NCBI GenBank assembly: GCA_022340425.1
Contig: JAJDNY010000021.1
Span: 2,972-66,971 of the forward strand
DNA: 64,000 bases
Direction: 5' to 3'
Source: Desulfobacteraceae bacterium
Lineage (GTDB): Bacteria; Desulfobacterota; Desulfobacteria; Desulfobacterales; JAABRJ01
Position numbers and translations under genes: made by a program. Below are positions 47,581 to 55,731 of this stretch, one piece after another (position 1 is the stretch's first letter; the number at the start of each line of letters is the position of its first letter). The notes under the pieces were generated by a model. The model was not told the DNA's origin, did not search any database, and worked only from the letters and a program-made list of their open reading frames with translations.

Positions 47581-48969
47581 ATGTCATTGACCAGCTCACT
47601 TTACTCCGGCATCAGCGGTCTTTCGACCCTGGGAAATTCCATGCAGATCATCGGCGACAACATCGCCAACGTCAACACCGTCGCCTTCAAGGGCAGCAAC
47701 TACACCTTCCAGGATCTCCTCAGCCAGTCGGTGGCCACCCAGTCCGGCACTTCCCAGGTGGGCCGCGGCACGGCCCTGGGCAACATCTCGGCCAATTTTC
47801 AGCAGGGCTCCTTTGAATCCACCGGCAACACCACCGACCTGGCCATCGGCGGCAAGGGTTTCTTCGTTCTGCGCGAGGCCGGCAGCAACTCCCAGTTCTA
47901 CACCCGTGCGGGCAATTTCAGTTTCAACAACGACGGCTACCTCACCAGTCCCGAAGGCTACGTGGTCCAGGGCTGGGCGCTGAACGAGGACACCGGCGAG
48001 GATGTGGGCTCCATCGCCGATATCATGCTGGACTCCTTTACCTCGCCGCCGCGCCAAACCGATCAACTCACCGTGATCACCAACCTGGACGCCGATGCAA
48101 TCAGCAACAGCGCCGACCTTGCGGCCGCCTGGGACGCCACCAACGCGCCGCCCATGGCCGCCACCAGCTACGAATACCAGTCGACGGTCAAGGCCTACGA
48201 CTCCCTGGGATCCACCCACGACATCACCATCTACTACGACATCATCGACGGCACCTCCAACTGGGAGTATGTCGTGACCTGTAATCCCGCCGAAGACCGC
48301 CGCGGCTTTCCCGCGGGCGACCCCAACGCGGGCCTCCTGGCCCGGGGGCAGATCGATTTCTCGACCAGCTCCGGCACCATCACCAACCTGAACCTGGAGA
48401 ACCTCACCGCCGGTGGTTGGGTCCCTGCGGCCCTCAATCCCGACGGCTACTTCGAGTTTACCGCCGATTTTCTCGGTGGGGTGCCCCTTTCCGTCGATCT
48501 GGACATCGGGACCCGCTGGGACGGCACCGGCTTCGCCAACTCGTCGCTGACCACCACCCAGTACGCTCGGGCCTCCTCCACCACCTTTCAATCCTCCACC
48601 GGCTATGGTGCCGGCGACCTTCAGGGGGTCTCGGTGGGCACCGACGGGATTGTCACCGGCAGCTATTCCAACGGGCAGCTGATTCCGCTCTACCGGGTGG
48701 CCCTGGCCAGCTTCCAGAACGAGCAGGGGCTTTTCAAGCTCGGCGGCAATCTCTATCAGGAAACCAACGAAAGCGGCGACCCGGTCACCAACCACCCCGG
48801 CACCAACGGTTTGGGGAGCATCACCCCCAACTCGCTCGAGCAGTCCAACGTCGACATCGCCAACGAGTTCGTCAAGATGATCACCACCCAGCGGGGCTAC
48901 CAGGCCAATTCCAAAATCATCACCACCGTGGACGACATGCTGGCCGAGACGATCCAGATGAAACGCTAA
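47581..48969 (+). CDS. flgE: Flagellar hook protein FlgE
   Basis: SLYSGISGLSTLGNSMQIIGDNIANVNTVAFK N-terminus and C-terminus LEQSNVDIANEFVKMITTQRGYQANSKIITT. Confidence 0.95.
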   Translation: MSLTSSLYSGISGLSTLGNSMQIIGDNIANVNTVAFKGSNYTFQDLLSQSVATQSGTSQVGRGTALGNISANFQQGSFESTGNTTDLAIGGKGFFVLREAGSNSQFYTRAGNFSFNNDGYLTSPEGYVVQGWALNEDTGEDVGSIADIMLDSFTSPPRQTDQLTVITNLDADAISNSADLAAAWDATNAPPMAATSYEYQSTVKAYDSLGSTHDITIYYDIIDGTSNWEYVVTCNPAEDRRGFPAGDPNAGLLARGQIDFSTSSGTITNLNLENLTAGGWVPAALNPDGYFEFTADFLGGVPLSVDLDIGTRWDGTGFANSSLTTTQYARASSTTFQSSTGYGAGDLQGVSVGTDGIVTGSYSNGQLIPLYRVALASFQNEQGLFKLGGNLYQETNESGDPVTNHPGTNGLGSITPNSLEQSNVDIANEFVKMITTQRGYQANSKIITTVDDMLAETIQMKR

Positions 48970-48985
48970 CTGGAATGGGGCAGGG

Positions 48986-49011
48986 GCGGCGGGCGGCTGG
49001 GCGCCCGCCGC
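48986..49011 (+). terminator. 10-bp GC stem-loop after flgE (possible terminator or processing site)
   Basis: GCGGCGGGCG (48986-95), 6-nt loop, CGCCCGCCGC (49002-11), then TTCCTTCC, which is a weak U-tract. Confidence 0.4.
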
Positions 49012-49196
49012 TTCCTTCCGACGGCCGTCATGGAATTGACGTCCGTACCGCCAATTTGACCCCCCGACCCTGACCGCAGACCCTGCCAGGGGCCTCCGGC
49101 AGCGGTGGATCCGGCAAGGCCTCCCGGGGCGGGGTCTTTTGAGATGCCCAGCGCCGGCACCTTTCTCCTCTTTGCGGCCACTCAGGCCACCCCGCC

Positions 49197-49212
49197 TGGC
49201 ACTTTCCTTGCT
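49197..49212 (+). promoter_or_regulatory. Sigma54 promoter TGGCAC-TTTCC-TTGCT upstream of motA
   Basis: Exact consensus match: GG at 49198-99 and GC at 49210-11, ~90 nt upstream of the motA ATG. Confidence 0.75.
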
Positions 49213-49300
49213 TAAAGCCTCTTCAGTTTTCTATCCGCGTCGGTTTTCCGTCGCCCCGCCGGCAGAATCTTCAATCCGCCGATTCTGAAAAGAGACGCTA

Positions 49301-50065
49301 ATGGACATAGCCACGCTTCTGGGAACGGTGTCCGCCTTCGGGCTGGTGTTGATCGCGATCATCATGGGGGGCGGACTCTCTCTGTTCATCAACGTTCCTT
49401 CGCTGATGATTGTCGTGGGAGGGACCCTCGGGGCCACCATGATCAATTACCCCCTCAAAGACGTCCTGGGAGCGCTGCGGGTGGTTAAAAACGTGTTTTT
49501 GAGCAAGAGCGCCTCGGTGGAGAAGATCGTCGAGCAGTTCGTGGGTTTCGGCAACAAGTCACGGCGTGAGGGCATCCTCTCGCTGGAGGAGGATGTCAAG
49601 AACGTCGAGGACATCTTTCTCAAGAAGGGCCTGCAGCTGTCGGTGGACGGGCTGGAGCCCGGGTCGATCCAGAACATCCTGGAGACCGAAATCGCGTTTC
49701 TGCGGGAACGACACCAGCTGGGGGCCGAAATTTTCGCCACCATGGGCACCTTTGCACCTGCCCTGGGGATGATCGGGACCCTCATCGGGCTGGTTCAGAT
49801 GCTGCAGTCCATGGAGGATCCCAGTTCCATCGGCCCGGCGATGGCCGTGGCGCTGTTGACCACCTTCTACGGCTCGCTGATCGCCAACCTGGTCTGCATG
49901 CCGATCTCCGGAAAGCTCAAGACCCGCAGCAAAGAGGAGACGCTCGCCAAGGAGATGATCACCGAAGGCGTGATCTCCCTTACCAAGGGCGAAAACCCGC
50001 GGATTCTCGAGCAGAAGATGCTGGCGTTCGTCTCACCGAGCCAGCGCCAGTCCCATTTCAAATAA
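49301..50065 (+). CDS. motA: Flagellar stator protein MotA/PomA
   Basis: 254 aa with 4 TM segments and the MotA/TolQ/ExbB motif FAPALGMIGTLIGLVQML...AVALLTTFYGSLIAN. Confidence 0.92.
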   Translation: MDIATLLGTVSAFGLVLIAIIMGGGLSLFINVPSLMIVVGGTLGATMINYPLKDVLGALRVVKNVFLSKSASVEKIVEQFVGFGNKSRREGILSLEEDVKNVEDIFLKKGLQLSVDGLEPGSIQNILETEIAFLRERHQLGAEIFATMGTFAPALGMIGTLIGLVQMLQSMEDPSSIGPAMAVALLTTFYGSLIANLVCMPISGKLKTRSKEETLAKEMITEGVISLTKGENPRILEQKMLAFVSPSQRQSHFK

Positions 50066-50101
50066 TCCTCCCAACGGCGGACGACCCCGAGGGGCGCCAG
50101 A

Positions 50102-50848
50102 ATGGCCCGCAAACAGAAACAACCCGCAGCCGCAGGCAGCAACCTTATTCAGGTGATGACGGTCTCGCTCTTTATCATTCTGCTGGCGTTTTTCATTCTG
50201 CTCAACGCCATCGCGGTGGTGGACGAGCAGCGGCAGCGCCAGGCGCTGGGATCCCTGCTGGAGAGCTTCGCGGGTCTTTCGGGTGGCTTCAGTTTTCTTG
50301 AGCGCAAGCAAAGCCCTTCGGCGCTGCCCCCCTTTCCGGCGCCGGCAGGCAGGGTGGACTTCACCCCCTTGCTGGAAACCGCCGAGCATTTGAACCAGCA
50401 GGTGCGGATCCGGAGCACCCAGCGCGGTGCGGTGGTGTCGCTGCAGGCCGATGGGCTTTTCCAGGGTCCGGGGGTGCAAATCCGGCCGGCGGCGCATCCC
50501 CTGCTGGTGCGGTTGGCAGACCTGATCCTGAAAAGCGAGGCCCCCGTCGAGGTCAGCGGCCACAGCGACAACAGCCCAGCCGACCCCACCCAGGGAGGAT
50601 CCCCCATGGCGCTCTCCGCCCGGCGGGCGCTTGGTGTGCTGCGGTTTTTGGTCGACCGGGGGGGGGTGCCGGCCGAGCGCATCACGGCCTACGGTCGGGG
50701 GCCGCATCAACCCCTGGCCGCCAACACCACCCGCGAGGGCCGGGCGCTCAATCGGCGGGTGGACGTGCTGCTGCTGCATCCCCGGGGCCTTCAGAAGCCC
50801 CAGCGGGGCTTCACCTTCAAATCGTTTTTCTTCAAGGTGTTCAGGTAG
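50102..50848 (+). CDS. MotB-like OmpA-domain protein lacking the conserved TM aspartate
   Basis: N-terminal TM QVMTVSLFIILLAFFILL aligns with MVTFADLVMLLLTFFVLL of the next gene, with Ser in place of Asp. C-terminal OmpA-like motifs SGHSDN...ALSARRA...GRG...NRRVDVLL. Confidence 0.8.
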   Translation: MARKQKQPAAAGSNLIQVMTVSLFIILLAFFILLNAIAVVDEQRQRQALGSLLESFAGLSGGFSFLERKQSPSALPPFPAPAGRVDFTPLLETAEHLNQQVRIRSTQRGAVVSLQADGLFQGPGVQIRPAAHPLLVRLADLILKSEAPVEVSGHSDNSPADPTQGGSPMALSARRALGVLRFLVDRGGVPAERITAYGRGPHQPLAANTTREGRALNRRVDVLLLHPRGLQKPQRGFTFKSFFFKVFR

Positions 50849-50892
50849 CGACGGATGCTGGCGATCCATCCCAAGGGGAGGTAACAGCCGTT

Positions 50893-51642
50893 TTGGCCAG
50901 AAACAGCGGCAGAAAAAACCGCGGACAGGACCTTGCGCAGGTCGACCCCAACGCCTGGATGGTGACCTTCGCCGACTTGGTGATGCTGCTGCTGACCTTC
51001 TTCGTTTTGCTGCTGACGATGAAGTCCATGGACACCGGAAAAGTGCGCACCATTTTCAACATCGCCGCCGCCACCCAGGGCCCCATGAGCCACAGCGCGG
51101 TCAGCCCCCGGGTCAGTCCCATCGACGACGCCCAGGGCGCCCCGCGGATCGACACCCTCAGCGATAGCCGTCTGGTGGCCGAGGCGGTGGAACTTCTTAA
51201 CGGCATTCAGCGGGTGAAGGCCGAAAACCCCGAGATGGCAGCCGTTCTCGATCTGCTGGGGGTTTCCGAGGACCAGCGGGGGGTGGTGATCTCGCTGGAG
51301 GCCGACCACCTCTTCGCTTCCGGTGAGGCCGTGATCCGTCCCCAGAAACTCCCGATCCTGGAGGGCATCAAAAAGGTCCTGCGGTTTGCGGCCAACCAGA
51401 TTCTGATCATGGGCCATAGCGACCGCCAGCCGGTGGTCGGCGGCCGTTTCGCCAGCAACTGGGAGCTCTCCTTGGAGCGCGCCCTGAGTGTCCACGCGGT
51501 GCTGACCGCACCGCCGGGGCTTGACCCGGCGCAGCTGGGGGTGGGCGGCTATGGCGACCGGCGGCCGCTCTTCGGCCCCGATACCCCGGAAAACCGCGCC
51601 CGCAACCGGCGGGTGGAATTTATTCTGCGAAAACCGAATTGA
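50893..51642 (+). CDS. motB: Flagellar stator protein MotB (canonical, Asp-containing)
   Basis: WMVTFADLVMLLLTFFVLLL plug/TM with the conserved Asp. OmpA-like C-terminus GHSD...NWELSLERA...GYGD..P...NRRVEFIL. TTG start after GGGGAGG. Confidence 0.88.
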   Translation: MARNSGRKNRGQDLAQVDPNAWMVTFADLVMLLLTFFVLLLTMKSMDTGKVRTIFNIAAATQGPMSHSAVSPRVSPIDDAQGAPRIDTLSDSRLVAEAVELLNGIQRVKAENPEMAAVLDLLGVSEDQRGVVISLEADHLFASGEAVIRPQKLPILEGIKKVLRFAANQILIMGHSDRQPVVGGRFASNWELSLERALSVHAVLTAPPGLDPAQLGVGGYGDRRPLFGPDTPENRARNRRVEFILRKPN

Positions 51643-52091
51643 GCGAGGAAAGACCGGTGCAAAGCAATTTTTCGGTGCAAGTCAAATCCCTGCCGGCGCT
51701 GCTGTTGGCGCTGCTGACGCTCTGCAGCCCGATGACCGGCTGCAAGGGGCAGGAGGCCGATGGCCGGCAGGCGGCGGTGGCGGCTGATTTCGGCCAGATT
51801 TTCGACCTCGACACCTTCGTGGTCAATCTGGGCGACCAGGGCGGCAAGCGCTACCTGAAGACCAAGATCGCCCTGGAGTACGGCAGCGAAGCGCTCGGAA
51901 AGGAAATGATCACCCGCCTGCCCCAACTGCGGGACATGATTCTGCTCCTGCTCAGCAGTAAAACCCTGGATCAGATCCAGGATATCGACGGCAAAATCGC
52001 GCTGCGCAACGAACTGATGGCTCGGATCAACCAGACCCTGCAGCAGGGGCATATCAAAAACCTCTATTTCACCGAGTTCGTCATTCAGTAG
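51639..52091 (+). CDS. fliL: Flagellar basal body-associated protein FliL
   Basis: FDLDTFVVNLGD...YLKTKIALEY...LPQLRDMILLLLSSK...LRNELMARIN...IKNLYFTEFVIQ. TTG 51639 or GTG 51657 as start. Confidence 0.88.
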   Translation: MSEERPVQSNFSVQVKSLPALLLALLTLCSPMTGCKGQEADGRQAAVAADFGQIFDLDTFVVNLGDQGGKRYLKTKIALEYGSEALGKEMITRLPQLRDMILLLLSSKTLDQIQDIDGKIALRNELMARINQTLQQGHIKNLYFTEFVIQ

Positions 52092-52103
52092 CCCGGGGGC
52101 CTG

Positions 52104-53075
52104 ATGAGCGATATTCTTTCCCAGGATGAGGTCGACAGCCTTCTCAGCGGTCTGACCACCGGCAAGGTCGAAGCCGAGACCGACACCGGACCCGATCCCC
52201 AGGAGGTTCAGGCCTACGACTTCACCCGCCAGGACCAGGTGGTGCGCGGGCGGATGCCGACCTTTGAGCTGGTCAACGAACGGCTGGCCAAGGAGATGCG
52301 CGCCGGCGTCTCCAACCTGCTGCACACCAGTGTGGGGATTGCCCTGAAGGCCACCGACACGATCAAGTTTTCCGAATTCACCCGCTCGCTGCCGGTGCCC
52401 ACCAGCCTGCATCTCTTCCGCATGGAGCCGCTGCGCGGCTTTGCCCTGATGGTCCTGGAAAGCCGGCTGGTCTATAACCTGATCGACACTTTTTTCGGCG
52501 GCCGCGGCGACGGCAAGGCCAAGATCGAGGGGCGCGAGTTCACCCCGATCGAGACCGTCATGATCCAGAAGGTGGTCGCCGTTTGTCTCGAGGCCCTCAA
52601 AAAGGCCTGGCGCCCGGTGGAGGTGATCGATACGGTCTTCGTCCGCTCGGAGATGAACCCCCAGTTTGCGACGGTTCTGCTGCCCTCGGACCTGGTGATC
52701 GTCTCGCGCTTCGAGGTCGAGCTGGAGCAAAGCGCGGGTCTCATCACGGTCAGCCTGCCCTATGCGATGATCGAACCCATTCGCAGCAAGCTCAACGCCG
52801 GCTTCCAGAGCGACGCCCTTGAAGTCGACCAGGCTTGGCAGCGGCGGATGCGGGAAATCCTGCAGGTCGCCGAGATCAGTTTTGGGGTGGCTCTGGGGGC
52901 CACCGAGATAACCGGCGAGCGCCTGATTCACCTCAGGGTCGGGGACGTGATTCAACTGGACAACGATGCCGAGGAGCGCCTGACCGGTTTGGTGGCCGGG
53001 GTTCCCAAATTCAAGGGTTTTGCCGGCACCCACCGGGGGTGCCAGGCCTTCAAGGTGGACAGCCGATTGGAGTAG
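52104..53075 (+). CDS. fliM: Flagellar motor switch protein FliM
   Basis: N-terminal CheY-P docking peptide MSDILSQDEVDSLLSG, and the FliM middle domain with GGRG-type motif (FFGGRGDG). Confidence 0.95.
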   Translation: MSDILSQDEVDSLLSGLTTGKVEAETDTGPDPQEVQAYDFTRQDQVVRGRMPTFELVNERLAKEMRAGVSNLLHTSVGIALKATDTIKFSEFTRSLPVPTSLHLFRMEPLRGFALMVLESRLVYNLIDTFFGGRGDGKAKIEGREFTPIETVMIQKVVAVCLEALKKAWRPVEVIDTVFVRSEMNPQFATVLLPSDLVIVSRFEVELEQSAGLITVSLPYAMIEPIRSKLNAGFQSDALEVDQAWQRRMREILQVAEISFGVALGATEITGERLIHLRVGDVIQLDNDAEERLTGLVAGVPKFKGFAGTHRGCQAFKVDSRLE

Positions 53076-53081
53076 CACGCG

Positions 53082-53414
53082 ATGGATGCAGACAACAGGG
53101 CGGCAGCGGCAGCCGTCGCCGAGGGCGCCGAAACGGCGGCCGCCGGCGGCGGAGAGCGGGACCTGGACTTTATCCTCGATATTCCCCTGGAGTTGTCGGT
53201 GGAGCTCGGGCGCACCCGTATGTTGGTCAACGACCTCTTGCAGTTGGGCCAGGGGGCGATCGTGCAGCTGGACAAACTGGCCGGTGAGCCCCTGGAGATT
53301 TTCATCAACCGCAAACTGGTGGCCCGCGGGGAGGTGGTGGTGGTCAACGAAAAATTCGGCGTGCGTCTGACCGACATCATCAGCCCCACGGAGCGGGTCC
53401 GCACCCTCGGCTGA
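53082..53414 (+). CDS. fliN: Flagellar motor switch protein FliN
   Basis: SpoA domain: ILDIPLELSVELGRTRMLVNDLLQLGQGAIVQLDKLAGEPLEIFINRKLVARGEVVVVNEKFGVRLTDI. Confidence 0.95.
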   Translation: MDADNRAAAAAVAEGAETAAAGGGERDLDFILDIPLELSVELGRTRMLVNDLLQLGQGAIVQLDKLAGEPLEIFINRKLVARGEVVVVNEKFGVRLTDIISPTERVRTLG

Positions 53415-53462
53415 GCCGGCTGCCCGCTGACGGAACGCGGTCAGGGATTCAAGGAACGCGCG

Positions 53463-53855
53463 ATGGATGGATTGTCCTCCCCGGCGGCGGCCGCGGCACC
53501 GCCGGAACTGTGGTTTTCACTGCTCAAAAGCGCCGCGACGCTCTGCATCGTGCTGGCCCTCTTGGTCGGGGCGCTGGTTTTGATGCGCCGGCTTTTCGTC
53601 CAACGGGGCGCACTGGGCGGGGCGCAGATCATCAAGACCGTCGCCGTCCAGTACGTGGCGCCCAAGGAGCGGGTCATCCTGCTGGATGTGCTGGGCGAAA
53701 AACTGCTGATCGGGGCCACCCCCCAAGCCATCACCCTGCTCTCCCGGCTGCCCGCCGGGTGTCAGCTGCCCTCGCCGCCGGCCCCCGACTCGGCCGGCCT
53801 TTTTAAAGACCTTCTCAAACGGACGCTCCAGCGCGAGCAGCGGCCGCGCGCTTGA
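53463..53855 (+). CDS. fliO: Flagellar biosynthesis protein FliO
   Basis: Single TM followed by a VILLDVLGEKLLIGATPQAITLL motif. Position between fliN and fliP. Confidence 0.85.
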   Translation: MDGLSSPAAAAAPPELWFSLLKSAATLCIVLALLVGALVLMRRLFVQRGALGGAQIIKTVAVQYVAPKERVILLDVLGEKLLIGATPQAITLLSRLPAGCQLPSPPAPDSAGLFKDLLKRTLQREQRPRA

Positions 53856-53899
53856 AACCCGCCGGGCCGCGGCCGCCGGACCAGGACAGGCAGATCCCA

Positions 53900-54673
53900 A
53901 TGAAGGCCCTTCACCCCACAAGCGGGACCCTTTTGCGCCTCCTTCTGGCCGCGCTGTTGTTGGCCTTGGCGGCGGCGCCGGCGGCGGCCGTGCCGCTGCC
54001 CTCCTTGCAGATCGGTGTGGAGGAGGCCCGGTCCCCGGAAGAGGTGGCCGTGGTCCTGCAGATCATTGCGCTCTTGACGGTCCTTTCTCTGGCACCGGCG
54101 ATCCTGGTGCTGATGACCTCCTTTACCCGCCTGGTTGTGGTGTTCAATTTTCTGCGCCAGGCGATTGGTGTGCAGCAGGCCCCGCCCAACCAGGTCCTCA
54201 TCGGGCTGGCGCTCTTCATCACCTTCTTCGTGATGGCCCCGGTCTGGCAGCAGGTCCACCAGACGGCCTTGCGTCCCTACCTCGACAAGGAAATCTCCTA
54301 CCAGCAGGCCTTCGAGAGTGCCCAGGCGCCGGTGCGCAAGTTCATGCTGGCCAACACCCGCGAAAAGGATCTGGCGCTTTTCGTGAAAGTCTCCGGCGCC
54401 GATCGGCCCCGCACGCCGGCGGATGTGGGCATGCTGGCGCTGATCCCGGCCTTCGTGATCAGCGAGTTGAAAACCGCCTTTATCATCGGCTTCGTGCTCT
54501 ACGTGCCGTTTCTGGTGATCGACATGGTGGTGGCCAGCGTGCTGCTTTCCATGGGCATGATGATGCTGCCGCCGGTGATGATCTCGCTGCCCTTCAAACT
54601 GATGCTCTTCGTTCTCGTGGACGGCTGGAACATCGTGATCGGCTCTTTGGTCAAGAGCTTCGGGGTGGTCTGA
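53900..54673 (+). CDS. fliP: Flagellar export gate protein FliP
   Basis: Signal peptide, then TVLSLAPAILVLMTSFTRLVVVFNFLRQAIG and FLVIDMVVASVLLSMGMMMLPP. The alternative TTG 53852 overlaps the fliO stop. Confidence 0.93.
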   Translation: MKALHPTSGTLLRLLLAALLLALAAAPAAAVPLPSLQIGVEEARSPEEVAVVLQIIALLTVLSLAPAILVLMTSFTRLVVVFNFLRQAIGVQQAPPNQVLIGLALFITFFVMAPVWQQVHQTALRPYLDKEISYQQAFESAQAPVRKFMLANTREKDLALFVKVSGADRPRTPADVGMLALIPAFVISELKTAFIIGFVLYVPFLVIDMVVASVLLSMGMMMLPPVMISLPFKLMLFVLVDGWNIVIGSLVKSFGVV

Positions 54674-54674
54674 G

Positions 54675-54944
54675 ATGACGCCTGAATTCGTGGTCAGCTT
54701 CGCCAAGGAGGCCATCACCCTGACCATCCTGATCGCCATGCCGCTGCTGGGTTTGGGTCTGATCGTGGGGCTGGCGGTGAGCATCTTCCAGGCGGTCACC
54801 TCGGTTCAGGAAATGACCCTCAGCTTCATTCCCAAAATCCTGGCGGTGCTCCTGGGCCTGTTGTTTTTCGCCCCCTGGATGCTCCAGCGGCTGGTGGGCT
54901 TCACCCGCCAGATCATCACCGACATCCCGCTTTACATCCGCTGA
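54675..54944 (+). CDS. fliQ: Flagellar export gate protein FliQ
   Basis: 89 aa with two TM segments and the SIFQAVTSVQEMTLSFIPKI motif. Confidence 0.93.
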   Translation: MTPEFVVSFAKEAITLTILIAMPLLGLGLIVGLAVSIFQAVTSVQEMTLSFIPKILAVLLGLLFFAPWMLQRLVGFTRQIITDIPLYIR

Positions 54945-54945
54945 A

Positions 54946-55731
54946 ATGCAGCTCCTGAACTTTTCCCCGGAACAGTTCGAGGTCTTTGTCCTGATCCTGA
55001 TCCGGGTCGGTGCGCTGCTGCTTCTCTTCCCGATTTTTGACAGCCCGCTTTTCCCGCGCGTGGTCAAGCTCGGTCTGGCGCTGGCCTTGACCCTGGCGCT
55101 TTTCCCGGCGGTGCCGGTGGACGCCACGCGCTTTCCGCGGCATGCCCCCGGGCTGCTGGCCCTGGGGGTCAGCGAGCTCTTCGCGGGCATGGTGCTGGGG
55201 TTGACGGTGCGCCTTTTTTTTGCGGCGGTGCAGCTGGCGGGCCAGATGGTGGGCTTTCAGATGGGGTTTTCGATCATCAACGTGCTCGACCCCCAGACCG
55301 GCGGGCAGGTGTCGATTATCGACCAGATCGGCCTGATGGTGGTGATGCTGCTGTTTCTCTCGCTAAATGGGCACCACGTCCTGATCGGCGCCCTGGCCGA
55401 GAGCTTCCGGATTTTGGCCCCCGGCGTGCTCAACCTGCAGCAGGGCTTTTTCTCCCTGGTGCTGGCCGGCGCCGGCAACATGTTCGCCCTGGGCATCAAG
55501 ATCGGGGCGCCCGCCATCGCGGCCCTGCTGTTCACCGATGCGGCCTTCGGGATCTGCGCGCGCTTCGTGCCCCAAATGAATATCCTGATCGCCGGCTTCC
55601 CGGTCAAGATCGTCGTGGGCCTCTTTTTTTTCGGCGTGACGCTTCAAATCGTGGGCCTGATGACCGGCCTCTTCCTGGGCCACCTGCCGGGGCAGCTGCG
55701 AACCCTGCTGACCCTCATGGGGATCCCGTAG
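54946..55731 (+). CDS. fliR: Flagellar export gate protein FliR
   Basis: 261-aa polytopic protein with LILIRVGALLLLFPIF and QMVGFQMGFS motifs. Confidence 0.92.
   Translation: MQLLNFSPEQFEVFVLILIRVGALLLLFPIFDSPLFPRVVKLGLALALTLALFPAVPVDATRFPRHAPGLLALGVSELFAGMVLGLTVRLFFAAVQLAGQMVGFQMGFSIINVLDPQTGGQVSIIDQIGLMVVMLLFLSLNGHHVLIGALAESFRILAPGVLNLQQGFFSLVLAGAGNMFALGIKIGAPAIAALLFTDAAFGICARFVPQMNILIAGFPVKIVVGLFFFGVTLQIVGLMTGLFLGHLPGQLRTLLTLMGIP

Noticed and set aside
51549-53078. 509-aa minus-strand ORF over fliL/fliM. The same class includes 56843-58789, 55978-57261, 33929-36058, 18155-20209, 25083-26510, 39003-40565 and 47596-48795.
   Set aside because: All are antisense to genes with strong family motifs. 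Their translations are Gly/Arg/Asp/His-rich with no domain signatures. They are high-GC artefacts.
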